This document shows positions 10,239 through 20,071 of a DNA stretch of 64,000 nucleotides, one piece after another (within the stretch, counting starts at the first letter, position 1; each line of letters begins with the position of its first letter). The position numbers and the translations under genes are program-made. This DNA comes from Deltaproteobacteria bacterium. Lineage in GTDB: Bacteria; Desulfobacterota; GWC2-55-46. Location: the NCBI GenBank assembly GCA_038043525.1, contig JBBTBW010000006.1:77442-141441 (forward strand), given 5' to 3'. The notes under the pieces were generated by a model that was not told the origin of the DNA, made no database searches, and saw only the letters and a list, made by a program, of their open reading frames with translations.

Positions 10239-10275
10239 ATCCCACCTCCGTATGGTTTGTCTGGCTTCTAAACTG

Positions 10276-10935
10276 CTATGGCCTGAGTACCTTCGCGCCT
10301 TTAGGCGGGGTGTACTCGAAAAAAGAGTCCTGCCTGGTCTCTCCGGTCTTTATGTTTCTGAAGGTCAGTCTCGTCGTATTCGCGAAAGAGTCTTCTATCG
10401 TCGCCCTTACCGCGAACCAGCTCTTTTTGTCGACCTCTATCGTCAGCCTCATCATATTCGGCTGCGGCGTCCTGGGCACGAGCTTAAGGCTGAAGATAGC
10501 GCCTTTATCCTCTTCCTTTGTTAGCTCGAAGTTCTTTTTTACGCTTCCGAGGCCTGAGAGGAAGTCGATGGCGAGGTTGGACGCGGCCTTGCCGACTTGG
10601 GTCTCGAATACCTGGTTGAGGTCGCTCTGGTATATCCACATCGTCTTGCCGTTGCTGACGATAAAGTCTTTTGTCGGCTTCGCAAAGACCCACTTCATCT
10701 TGCCGGGCTTTTTAAGGTATACGGTCCCTTCGTACTTCTCGGCTGATTTGGTGTGCCTTGATACGACCTCCTGCGTGAACGCGGCTTCGAGCGAATCTAT
10801 CGACTCGTATCTCTTCTGAAGCTCCGTGATGACGCGCTCAGCCTCGGCTGACGCTCCTCCGTGGGCTTCGGTGCAGATCAAGGGAAAGAGCATCATGCAA
10901 AAAACGATGGCGATACGCGCGTATATATTTTTCAT
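10276..10935 (-). CDS. lolA: Outer-membrane lipoprotein carrier protein LolA
   Basis: Signal peptide, the F(T/S)Q motif (AFTQEVV) and LolA length. Confidence 0.75.
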   Translation of the reverse strand: MKNIYARIAIVFCMMLFPLICTEAHGGASAEAERVITELQKRYESIDSLEAAFTQEVVSRHTKSAEKYEGTVYLKKPGKMKWVFAKPTKDFIVSNGKTMWIYQSDLNQVFETQVGKAASNLAIDFLSGLGSVKKNFELTKEEDKGAIFSLKLVPRTPQPNMMRLTIEVDKKSWFAVRATIEDSFANTTRLTFRNIKTGETRQDSFFEYTPPKGAKVLRP

Positions 10936-10985
10936 CTCAGAGGGCCTTTCCTTTTGATGTTATGGCTGAGTGCGTGTCAGGAGGC

Positions 10986-13196
10986 TCATTGGCTGTCGTA
11001 CTTTTTTATAAGGACCTCTCTGGGGCGCGACCCTTGCGCAGGGCCGACGAGGCCTTCTTTTTCCATCCGTTCGATTATCCTCGCCGCGGTGTTATAACCT
11101 ATGCGGAACCTTCGCTGTATGTATGAGGTCGATATCATCTCCAGAGTTGAGGCGAGTTCTACGGCGTCGAAGTACCTTTTCATGAACTCTTCTCCGAGTT
11201 CCGCCTCTTCCGAGGCCGTCTCGGATTCAGCCGGCTCAGTTATGACGGATTCATCATACTGAGGCGCGCCCTGCGCTTTCCAGAAGTCGGTGACTCGTTT
11301 TATCTCAGGCTCGGAGACGTAAGGCCCGTGTATCCTCTGGAGCTTTGAGGTCCCTGGCGGCAGGAAGAGCATGTCGCCCTGGCCGAGGAGCGTTTCCGCC
11401 CCCCCGGCGTCGAGTATTGTGCGTGAATCGGTCCGGGACGGGAGCTGGAACGCGATCCTTGCCGGGAAGTTTGTTTTGATCAGGCCTGTGACTACGTCGA
11501 CCGACGGCCTCTGGGTAGCTATCATAAGATGAATGCCTGAGGCCCTTGCCATCTGCGAGAGCCTGACAAGGCACTCCTCTACGTCCTTTCCAGATGTCAT
11601 CATCAGGTCTGCAAGCTCGTCTATTATTACGACTATGTAAGGGAGCCTCTTGTTCTTTTCTATCTCGCCGCCGTCGTCTTCGGATGCGCCTTCGAGCGCG
11701 AGATTATACCTCTCGATGTTCTTCGATCCCTTCTCGGCCATCAGCTTATAGCGCCTGCCCATCTCGGTGACTATGCCTCTGAGAGCCCCTGCGGCCTTCT
11801 TCGGGTCTGTTATGACCGGGGTTATGAGGTGCGGTATCCCCTCGTAGGCTGAGAGCTCCAGCATCTTCGGGTCGACCATCAGGAAGCGCACGTCCTCCGG
11901 TGTCGCCTTGTAAAGTATCGAGAGTATCATCGCGTTTACGGATACGCTCTTGCCCGTGCCTGTGGCCCCTGCGACGAGCATGTGAGGCATCTTCGCGAGG
12001 TCCGCCACGTAAGGCGCGCCGCTGATGTCTTTGCCGAGGGCGAGGGAGAGGCGCGAACGGCTTTTCGCGAAGGCAGGGCACTCCATCATCTCCCTGATCA
12101 TGATGGTGTCCCTCTTCTGGTTCGGTATCTCAATGCCTACTACGGCTTTCCCGGGTATCGGAGCTATGATCCTTATAGACATAGCCTTCATGGCAAGGGC
12201 GAGGTCGTCGGAGAGGTTGGTTATCCGCCCGACCTTGACCCCGGGGGCAGGCTCGAACTCGAACATCGTTACAACAGGGCCCGGCATCACTTCGAGGACG
12301 CGCCCCTCTATGCCGAAGTCGAGCAGCGTCTTTTCAAGCACCTTCGAGTTGGCAAGAAGCGCGTTCGAGTCGACTGACTCTGATTTTTCAGGAGCCGGGT
12401 CGAGAAGAGAGGTCGGCGGCAGTTTAAAAAAACCCTTCGGAGAAGTGAATTCGAGGCGCTCATCAGCCTCTTCCATCCGTTCCTTCTTTCCGTGTATCTT
12501 CGGGGCTGATATCTTTGGGGCCGGGGCAGTGGACATAGCGGCAGAAGGCGTCTTGTCTCTTATCGGCTTCTCGGCTTTTAAAGCCTCTTTTTTCGGCTCA
12601 AGTCTTTTTTTATCTGTATCGTCTTCTTCAGCCTCGGAATCTTCCTCGTCTCCGCTATCAGGCCTTCTCATCCGTTCGATTATGGATCTGAAGGCGCTTG
12701 TCGCCGGAGGGGTAAGTTTTACCCCGAGCTGTACAAGGGATATGCCTGTAGCGAGAAGGACTGTGATGAGGACGACAGCGGTGAGCAGTATAACCGAGCC
12801 TGTCACACCCAGGTAGTCGGCTGAGACGTTGCCTATGAACCCTCCGACGAACCCTCCGGCCTCAGGGGCTGAAAAGACAGTGGCAAGAAGGCCGGACGAG
12901 GATATGACAAAGACCGCGAAGCTCGCCAGCACTGCGGCCTTGAGCCTGGTGAACCTCCTCATGAGGAACTCCGCTGATATGACGGCGAGTATCAGCGGGA
13001 GGATGTACGAGGTGTAGCCGATAGAGGCTATGAGCGCCCATTCGAGGTGTCCGCCTATCGCGCCGCCCCAGTTAGAGGCGGCCCCTGAGGAATAGAGGGA
13101 CACGCCCGAGTACAGGGCAAGCGCGAGGATGAGGATGCCTGTTATTTCCTGGCGAGGGCCGCCCTCGGTCTCTTTTGTCTTTACGGTATTGGCCAT
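10986..13196 (-). CDS. ftsK: DNA translocase FtsK/SpoIIIE
   Basis: N-terminal TM helices, a proline/charged linker, Walker A GTGKSVSVNAM, Walker B VVIIDELADL and a C-terminal gamma winged helix (GYNTAARIIERME). Confidence 0.9.
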   Translation of the reverse strand: MANTVKTKETEGGPRQEITGILILALALYSGVSLYSSGAASNWGGAIGGHLEWALIASIGYTSYILPLILAVISAEFLMRRFTRLKAAVLASFAVFVISSSGLLATVFSAPEAGGFVGGFIGNVSADYLGVTGSVILLTAVVLITVLLATGISLVQLGVKLTPPATSAFRSIIERMRRPDSGDEEDSEAEEDDTDKKRLEPKKEALKAEKPIRDKTPSAAMSTAPAPKISAPKIHGKKERMEEADERLEFTSPKGFFKLPPTSLLDPAPEKSESVDSNALLANSKVLEKTLLDFGIEGRVLEVMPGPVVTMFEFEPAPGVKVGRITNLSDDLALAMKAMSIRIIAPIPGKAVVGIEIPNQKRDTIMIREMMECPAFAKSRSRLSLALGKDISGAPYVADLAKMPHMLVAGATGTGKSVSVNAMILSILYKATPEDVRFLMVDPKMLELSAYEGIPHLITPVITDPKKAAGALRGIVTEMGRRYKLMAEKGSKNIERYNLALEGASEDDGGEIEKNKRLPYIVVIIDELADLMMTSGKDVEECLVRLSQMARASGIHLMIATQRPSVDVVTGLIKTNFPARIAFQLPSRTDSRTILDAGGAETLLGQGDMLFLPPGTSKLQRIHGPYVSEPEIKRVTDFWKAQGAPQYDESVITEPAESETASEEAELGEEFMKRYFDAVELASTLEMISTSYIQRRFRIGYNTAARIIERMEKEGLVGPAQGSRPREVLIKKYDSQ

Positions 13197-13325
13197 TCTT
13201 CCTTTTGATGATCCAAGCGGTCATGTGCGCAAGATTACAGGCGCAGCCGGGCCTGATGACTGATGAGATGATGTGTGGCGCTATAAGGAGATCCTGGCCG
13301 CGGAGATCTTCATGGAGGCGCTCTG

Positions 13326-14471
13326 TCAGAGCGCCTTGAACTGCTTGCTGAGCGTGATCGACTGGTACTGGTACGATGAACCTATCTTCGGGCCGTAGAC
13401 CTTCTCCGGCATTTCGCTCATCTTCTCGTAGAAGATCTTGCAGAAGCTCTGTCCGTCGGCGATCATGAAAGGCACGTCATGGGCCCTTACTTCAAGGACA
13501 GCCTTGGTGCCATTGACCTCGCCCTTCATCCCGTAGCCGAAGCCGGGGTCGAAGAAGCCGGCGTAGTGCGTCCTGAGCTCCCCTGAGCCTGCCTCATACG
13601 CGACCATCTCGGCGGCGTACGTGGGCGGGACGCGTATCTTCTCTTTTGATGAGAGTATATAGAATTCCTCAGGCTCCAGGATGAGCGTGCCTTTGCTGTT
13701 CTTCGGCAGAGGGTCCCAGAAGTCGCCTATCCTGTAGTGGTTTTTTTTCGTAAGGTCGACTACGTGGCTGTTCTTCTTCGATCTGTATCCGATTATGCCG
13801 GAATTGTTGTCTCCGCTGAGATCGACCGACATGAAGAGGCCTTTTGATATCCTGACGTCGTCGGCGCCAAGATGGTTGTCTCCGTTGTATAAAAGACGCG
13901 ACGACTTGTTGAGCGCCTTTAGCCCGGCGTCCGTCAGTGTGCAGTCGCCCTGCATCAGCCGGAGCTGGACGAGAGAGAGGCCCTGCTTCACGTTTATCGT
14001 GAACGACCTGGGCATCACCTCTACGAAGAGCTGTCCTTTGTATCCGGCGGCTATATCGTCGAAACGCGGGTTTCTGTCTGTGAGTATGCGCGCGAAGACG
14101 TCGAGCCTGCCGGTAGTCGATTTGGGGTTCGCCCTTCCGTGGACGTTTTTCGGAAGGTCAAGCTCCTCCATGATCGGTATCAGGTAGACGTGCCCCTTCT
14201 CAAGTATGCCGCCGTTCGATATGTCTGTCTCGTACATCACAAGGTCTGAGCCGTATGCGTCAGGGGTGTGGAGCTTCTCTATGACCGAGTGGAACTCAGG
14301 GAGGAAGCTCGATACGAGCCTGTAAGCCTTTGCACCGAGCCTCAAGTCCATGGAAGCGGGCTGGATCTGTTCGTCGGAGATCGGAGACGACGCGCAGTGG
14401 ATATGCTTTTTCGCTATCGCCTTTTTAAGCATCTGACAGCTCAGGACGCCGCCTTTTTCAGGGGTACTCAT
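13326..14471 (-). CDS. 2'-deoxycytidine 5'-triphosphate deaminase-like protein (DCD family, dUTPase fold)
   Basis: PASMDLRLG and KSTTGRLDVF resemble dCTP-deaminase/dUTPase motifs, and the roughly 380-aa length fits the long DCD family. Confidence 0.55.
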   Translation of the reverse strand: MSTPEKGGVLSCQMLKKAIAKKHIHCASSPISDEQIQPASMDLRLGAKAYRLVSSFLPEFHSVIEKLHTPDAYGSDLVMYETDISNGGILEKGHVYLIPIMEELDLPKNVHGRANPKSTTGRLDVFARILTDRNPRFDDIAAGYKGQLFVEVMPRSFTINVKQGLSLVQLRLMQGDCTLTDAGLKALNKSSRLLYNGDNHLGADDVRISKGLFMSVDLSGDNNSGIIGYRSKKNSHVVDLTKKNHYRIGDFWDPLPKNSKGTLILEPEEFYILSSKEKIRVPPTYAAEMVAYEAGSGELRTHYAGFFDPGFGYGMKGEVNGTKAVLEVRAHDVPFMIADGQSFCKIFYEKMSEMPEKVYGPKIGSSYQYQSITLSKQFKAL

Positions 14472-14658
14472 GCCAAGACCTCTTTTTCGGCTCGCCTGAG
14501 GGCGTAACCGGTGATTTTGTCGCTAAAGTATCTGATAGCATACACAAAAGGAAGTCCATTTTAAAGCTAAAATTTTTCTTCCGGATGGAGGTCCAGGCAA
14601 GTAAAAAGCCCCGGCCGGCAAGGCGCGGGGCTTTTTCAGCAGGTCTTGTCTCTCTTGT

Positions 14659-15018
14659 TCAGCAGAACCGCAGTCCTGCCCTTGATATGCCGTATATATG
14701 CCTTGTCCATACTACCTGAGCCTGTTTTACAATGTCGAGGTCTTCTACTGTGACGTTGATCCTCTCATCCTGATTGAATGGGAGGTGGCCGAGCACCTTT
14801 ATGCCGAGGCCGGTATCCGATACGTCGACGGTCTTTACCGGAAGCCTGATGTCGTCTTTCAGGAGATCGCAGATCCTGTGGGTGATCTGGCGGTTGCCGC
14901 CTCTTCTGTCAGACTCAGCGCCTTTTTGCATGAAACCGCAGTATGGACATGGAAGATGTGAGTCTCGTGCCGCGGTAAAGGAGATATTTTCGCATCTCAG
15001 GCAGGTTATTTTATTCAT
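14659..15018 (-). CDS. PilZ-domain c-di-GMP receptor with an N-terminal zinc ribbon
   Basis: CLRC...CPYC zinc ribbon, RRGGNRQ (RxxxR-like) and DVSDTGLG (DxSxxG). Confidence 0.7.
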   Translation of the reverse strand: MNKITCLRCENISFTAARDSHLPCPYCGFMQKGAESDRRGGNRQITHRICDLLKDDIRLPVKTVDVSDTGLGIKVLGHLPFNQDERINVTVEDLDIVKQAQVVWTRHIYGISRAGLRFC

Positions 15019-15268
15019 GTGTACCTGTTCGGGTAATATCCGGTTTATTTTATTGTCGGTAGTCTCTTACATAATAGTCGTTTTCTTTTGGTTGTCAACA
15101 ACTTTTGGGCCTTTTAACATCATTTTAATCGTTTATTTAGATTCGTTCCTCTGGTTGTCGAAAATAAAGGCTCTCGGTCCTTCTTCTGAGGGGACTACAT
15201 GTATTGTATCACAGGCCGTCATGTTCTTTAAACCTCAGGCAATCCGCAGGGTTTTGTCTTAAGAGTCC

Positions 15269-15610
15269 TTGACATTTACGGGTGCATCTGGTACTCGTTA
15301 TCAGGTGAAGAAAGAAAAAAGACTTGACCCGCGCGACAAGAAACTTCTTCTTGCGGCGGCTATCCTGGTCGCGGTGGCGGTCTTTGCCGTCTTTGGCGAC
15401 AACGGCCTCCTTGATGTCTATAAGATGAGGAAAGAGCGCGACGGGATCATTGAGTATAACTCCGCTATGGAGGCCGAGAACAAGGGCCTTGAAGAGCAGA
15501 TATCCCTGCTGAAGACCGATAAGCGCTACATAGGGCGGATCGCGAGAAATGAGCTTGGGATGCTCGGCAAAAACGAGATGATCTACAGATTTGAGGAAGT
15601 GAAAAAGTAG
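15269..15610 (+). CDS. ftsB: Septum formation initiator FtsB/DivIC family
   Basis: Single TM helix, coiled coil and a conserved C-terminus IARNELGMLGKNEMIYRF. Confidence 0.75.
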   Translation: MTFTGASGTRYQVKKEKRLDPRDKKLLLAAAILVAVAVFAVFGDNGLLDVYKMRKERDGIIEYNSAMEAENKGLEEQISLLKTDKRYIGRIARNELGMLGKNEMIYRFEEVKK

Positions 15611-15691
15611 CTTTCCTGAGCGCCGCCTGATCAGAGCCGCTTGCCTCTCAAGTCAGGGGCGCACGCTTTTAAATCTTAAAAAAACGGTGAG

Positions 15692-16525
15692 ATGAAAAAC
15701 ACGCTGAAGACAGCCGGAGTGCAGTTCGCCTGCGTCCGGGACAGAGAGAAAAACCTTGCAAAGGCGCGCTCCCTGATCGAAGTGGCCGCAGGAGAAGGGG
15801 CGAAAATAATAGGGCTTCCACAGCTCTTTAACTCGCACTGGTTCCCAGCCGCCATCGACGAGCATAACTTCTCTCTGGCAGAAGATGGAGATGGCGCTAC
15901 TGTCAATATGTTAAGGGAAGAGTCGGCGAGGCACAAGGTCTGCCTCGTAGGGTCTATATTTGAGATCGACAACAAGGTCCACTACAACACGGCCTTTGTG
16001 ACCGGCCCTGACGGAGCGGTAATCGGCAGGTACAGGAAGGTCCATGTCCCGCAGATCCCGTTGTGGGAGGAAAAGACTTACTTCAGCCCGGGAGACCTCG
16101 GTTTTCCGGTCTTTAAGACGCCGTTTGCGACGATAGGCGTGCAGATATGCTGGGACATATTCTTCCCTGAGGGGTTCAGGATACTCGCGCTCAAGGGGGC
16201 TCAGATGGTATTCGCACCTACAGCCTCGGCCTTCATCCATTCGAGGAAGAAGTGGGAGCGTGCCATCGGCGCTGCCGCGCACGCGAACGGGATATTCATA
16301 TTCAGGGTCAACAGGGTAGGCAAGGAAGAGGCGCAGGAGTTCTACGGCGGCAGTTTCTGCGCAGGCCCTGACGGAGAGTTCGTAGGCGCGCCGTCCGGGG
16401 CTTCTGACGGAGTGGTGCTCGCCGATGTAGACCTCTCGGAGATGACCGAGGCAAGGAACGAATGGGTCTTTTTAAGAGACAGGCGGCCTGAGGAGTACGG
16501 CGATATATCGGGGAGCGGCAGATGA
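15692..16525 (+). CDS. Carbon-nitrogen hydrolase (nitrilase superfamily) amidohydrolase
   Basis: Catalytic triad context: E in IGLPQLFN, K in YRKVHVP, C in QICWDIFFPE. Confidence 0.8.
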   Translation: MKNTLKTAGVQFACVRDREKNLAKARSLIEVAAGEGAKIIGLPQLFNSHWFPAAIDEHNFSLAEDGDGATVNMLREESARHKVCLVGSIFEIDNKVHYNTAFVTGPDGAVIGRYRKVHVPQIPLWEEKTYFSPGDLGFPVFKTPFATIGVQICWDIFFPEGFRILALKGAQMVFAPTASAFIHSRKKWERAIGAAAHANGIFIFRVNRVGKEEAQEFYGGSFCAGPDGEFVGAPSGASDGVVLADVDLSEMTEARNEWVFLRDRRPEEYGDISGSGR

Positions 16526-18186
16526 GGAAAGGTGTTGCTGTAATAGTGACGGACGCGCTCGTCCAGGCGCGCTCTGAGGGGCTTATCCTTGCTCAGGAGT
16601 TTCCATCAGTAATCATAGACAAGCCAAAGAAAGAGGAGTTCGGGGATTTTTCAACGAACATCGCAATGCTCCTGGGTCCTATCGAGAAGAAGGGACCGAG
16701 GCTTGTAGCCGATATCATCGCTGAGAAGATAAGGCTTCAGCCGTTTATCGCGCGTTGTGACGTGGCAGGCCCGGGGTTCATAAATATATTCCTTGAGAAG
16801 TCCTACTGGACTTCAGTCCTTGCGGATATAATATCGAAGGGAGCTGAGTTCGGCAAGTCTGACGCAGGCAAAGGCAGGTCAGTACAAGTCGAGTACGTCT
16901 CCGCCAACCCGACAGGGCCTCTCCACATAGGCCACGGCAGGGGCGCGGCTGTAGGGGATTCGCTCGCCCGCATACTTGCCGCCGTCGGTTTTTCCGTCAA
17001 AAGGGAGTATTACATAAACGACGTAGGCCGCCAGATGAGAACTCTCGGCAGATCTGTATATCTGAGGCACCTTGAGATACTCGGAAAGCAGATAGAGTTC
17101 CCTGAAGACTCATACAAGGGCGATTATATAAAAGACGTTGCAGCGTCGTTTATAGCCGAGCACGGGGAAAAATACAAAAACGTCCCTGAAGATGCCGCTA
17201 TCCCGGCGTTTTCCGAGTTCGCTGGTAGCGCGCTCCTTGCCAACATAAGAACTGACCTCAGGGATTTTTCAATAGAGTTTGACGAGTGGTTCAGCGAGAG
17301 GTCGCTCCACGAAAAAGGCCTTGTAGATAAGACCATTGAAGAACTGAGAAGAAGAGGGCACATCTATGAGTCAGAAGGGGCGCTCTGGTTCAGGACGACT
17401 ACATTCGGAGACGATAAAGACAGGGTCCTTATAAAGGCCGACGGGGCGATGACGTACTTCGCCTCTGACATAGCCTATCACCTTGACAAGCTCGACAGGG
17501 GCTTTGATGTGCTCGTAAACGTCTGGGGGGCGGACCATCACGGCTACGAGGGAAGGATCCGCGCCCTTGTGCTGGCACTTGGCAGGGACGGTTCAGCCCT
17601 TCGCATCATCTTCATTCAGCTTGTGGCCCTCATGAGGGGCGGTGTGCCTGTTGCAATGGGCAAGCGCGAGGGAGAGTTCGTGACGCTCAGGCAAGTCATG
17701 GACGAGGTGGGAAGGGACGCCTGCAGGTTCTTCTTCCTCATGAGGAGGTCGGACGCTCAGCTCGACTTCGACCTTGAGCTTGCAAAGAGCCAGGCCCCTG
17801 AGAACCCCGTCTACTATGTACAGTACTGCCACGCCCGGATAAAGAGCATCATAGGCTTTGCCGCTGAAAAAGGGGCCATCATGCCCGAGACCCCGTCTCT
17901 TGAGATATTAGGCAGGCTTGAACAGAAAGACGAGATGGAGATAATAAGGCACCTCGCCTCTTTTGAAGAGGTCGTCGAGAAGAGTGCTTCGTTGATGGAG
18001 CCCCACAGGGTGAGTTTCTATCTTACGGAGCTTTCCGGCCTATTCCATCCGTATTACAACAAGAACAGGGTGGTTACAGACGACGACGGTCTCACTGGCG
18101 CTCGCCTCCTTTTGTGCGGCGCTGTAGCGACTGTGGTCGCCAACGGACTGAGGCTCCTGGGTGTGAGCGCGCCTGAGAAGATGTAG
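16522..18186 (+). CDS. argS: Arginine--tRNA ligase
   Basis: HIGH motif (PTGPLHIGHGRGAAVGD), an anticodon-binding C-terminus and ArgS length. Confidence 0.9.
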   Translation: MRKGVAVIVTDALVQARSEGLILAQEFPSVIIDKPKKEEFGDFSTNIAMLLGPIEKKGPRLVADIIAEKIRLQPFIARCDVAGPGFINIFLEKSYWTSVLADIISKGAEFGKSDAGKGRSVQVEYVSANPTGPLHIGHGRGAAVGDSLARILAAVGFSVKREYYINDVGRQMRTLGRSVYLRHLEILGKQIEFPEDSYKGDYIKDVAASFIAEHGEKYKNVPEDAAIPAFSEFAGSALLANIRTDLRDFSIEFDEWFSERSLHEKGLVDKTIEELRRRGHIYESEGALWFRTTTFGDDKDRVLIKADGAMTYFASDIAYHLDKLDRGFDVLVNVWGADHHGYEGRIRALVLALGRDGSALRIIFIQLVALMRGGVPVAMGKREGEFVTLRQVMDEVGRDACRFFFLMRRSDAQLDFDLELAKSQAPENPVYYVQYCHARIKSIIGFAAEKGAIMPETPSLEILGRLEQKDEMEIIRHLASFEEVVEKSASLMEPHRVSFYLTELSGLFHPYYNKNRVVTDDDGLTGARLLLCGAVATVVANGLRLLGVSAPEKM

Positions 18187-18301
18187 CGGCAGCGAGGTCT
18201 TCACGATTGGGTCGGGTGTTATATTTTGGCTGATGATGTTTTTTTGGCCTTTATCGGTTGACACGCCCGATAGTTTTTGATACATTATCAAATCTCAGCT
18301 A

Positions 18302-18379
<78 letters not shown>

Positions 18380-18385
18380 AAAATA

Positions 18386-19799
18386 ATCAGGGGTTACGCA
18401 ATTGCGTAACCCCTTTTTTGTTCTCAGAGGGGTTATTAGCTAACATTTTTCTAACAATACAATCTAAAGATACGGGGTATTCTCTTTGCTGGCTCAGATT
18501 TATAACCTGAACCCGCAGTAGAGTGAAATCTATCGAAATAGGTAATGAATTGGGTAGTGACCGATTGGAGAGCAAATGAAAAAATCAGAAGAACATTTGC
18601 TGTTTTCCTTAAGGCGGGCATTGAAAGATTTTAAATCAGATCCGTATGCTGACGGACGTTATGAAAGCCCACATTCTGAAGCAGAACTTGATTTGGACGA
18701 GAATGAACTACCTCTTCCATATATGGTGTTCTTGACATTGGTTACTTTTTCGGGTTTTTCATACTGGGGACGTGAGGAAAAAGTGGCTTGGTCTATACCG
18801 ATCCTCTATAAGGACATTCCTTTTTTATTGGCCTACCGTAAATTTGGATTCGACATAACGACGCCAGCCCTTACGAATGAAACCCGGAAAGCAGCAAAGG
18901 AAATGGTAAGCAAGCTACATAAGGGCATAGTTGTTGCCGACAAACTGCTGAAACCGTTTGCTGAGGCACAAATTAGAAAAAGAAACGTCACCATTCTCAA
19001 TAAATATCATAGTTTTAACAACAGATATCGTTTCTTTCGTGAGCAAGCGGCGCAAAGCTTCTCGAAACTGTCCCAAAGAGGCGCTTTGCAGACGAATAAA
19101 ACAACCAGTACAGTTGAAATATTAAATAACATCTCTACGTTAAGTAACGAAGGTTTCTATCATGCATCAGCTATGCTGGATGCTTATTTTAGTCGCCTGG
19201 AACACGTGCTTGTTTTGTTGCTCGCCTTTACCGATTACAATAGCAAAAAGGACGACCTGGTGAGATTTATAGGCTCCTTTTGGGACGATAAATTCACACG
19301 CATATTTGATATCCAAAAAGATGCTGGGGCAAAGAAATGTTACGATCGATTATGCAATATTAAAGACAGATTCCGGAATCCCCTTTCACATGGAGGTTTT
19401 GAAAGACAGGGAGCATCTCTCAACTTCCATGTACCTGTAGTAGGGGCAATACCTGTTCACCTTTCGAGATTCAAGGATAGTATTCATTATTCCTTTCACC
19501 CGATAGACGAAACCAGCTTCGAAGAGATATGTTCTTTGTTTGACAACGCCGATAAGCTTTTAGAAAACGGAGAAATAAAATTTGGCATGAGATATATAGA
19601 TAGTGGCCTTAACGTAGCCTTTGACGAAGACATGTTAAAGGAGTATCGGCAAGCAATACGATCTGAGAAAGAGATCGAAAATTTTATACAGCATCTGTCT
19701 GATCTATCAGATATGCACACGAATTTGAACTGGTGAGAACCTAACCACTTCATGACCCAATCCTCGCAACTACAGGCTCAGACTAAGTCTTAATGCGAA
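18386..19799. mobile_element. Degenerate tRNA-Met-integrated islet of about 1.4 kb with no integrase
   Basis: Bounded by the tRNA 3'-end direct repeat, with lower GC and a single cargo ORF. Confidence 0.5.
18576..19736 (+). CDS. Hypothetical protein (386 aa) of the tRNA-Met-associated insert; possible HEPN/Abi-like
   Basis: AT-rich ORF with no recognisable family. It contains an Rx4H motif (RNPLSH) of the kind found in HEPN nucleases. Confidence 0.5.
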   Translation: MKKSEEHLLFSLRRALKDFKSDPYADGRYESPHSEAELDLDENELPLPYMVFLTLVTFSGFSYWGREEKVAWSIPILYKDIPFLLAYRKFGFDITTPALTNETRKAAKEMVSKLHKGIVVADKLLKPFAEAQIRKRNVTILNKYHSFNNRYRFFREQAAQSFSKLSQRGALQTNKTTSTVEILNNISTLSNEGFYHASAMLDAYFSRLEHVLVLLLAFTDYNSKKDDLVRFIGSFWDDKFTRIFDIQKDAGAKKCYDRLCNIKDRFRNPLSHGGFERQGASLNFHVPVVGAIPVHLSRFKDSIHYSFHPIDETSFEEICSLFDNADKLLENGEIKFGMRYIDSGLNVAFDEDMLKEYRQAIRSEKEIENFIQHLSDLSDMHTNLNW

Positions 19800-19817
19800 T
19801 CCCCGCTACCAAAAATA
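19800..19817. repeat. 18-bp att-like direct repeat, right copy
   Basis: tccccgctaccaaaaata, followed by a hairpin aagagggtggtattcataccgccctctttt. Confidence 0.75.
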
Positions 19818-20071
19818 TAAAAGAGGGTGGTATTCATACCGCCCTCTTTTCTTATTTCAGGTTGTCAGGGATTGAAAGCAACTGAGGCCAAGAGAGTGGG
19901 AGCGAATGAACGCGGCCAGATCTCCAGGTCACTGATGACGATTTTGCCGCTGAATTTCAGGCCGTGTTTCCTTAAATGGAGACGCGGCTTTTTTCATTTC
20001 ATGCGTATGTTGCTTTGCCTGCGCGTTGGATGTTAATATCCTGAAATATTACGGATGGGACGGAGGCGTCT

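Noticed and set aside
11305-12816. Arg/Pro-rich ORFs on both strands inside ftsK (e.g. 11305..11574, 11746..12081, 12025..12816)
   Set aside because: They are typical GC-rich antisense or out-of-frame artefacts. The ftsK frame has Walker motifs and coherent domain order.
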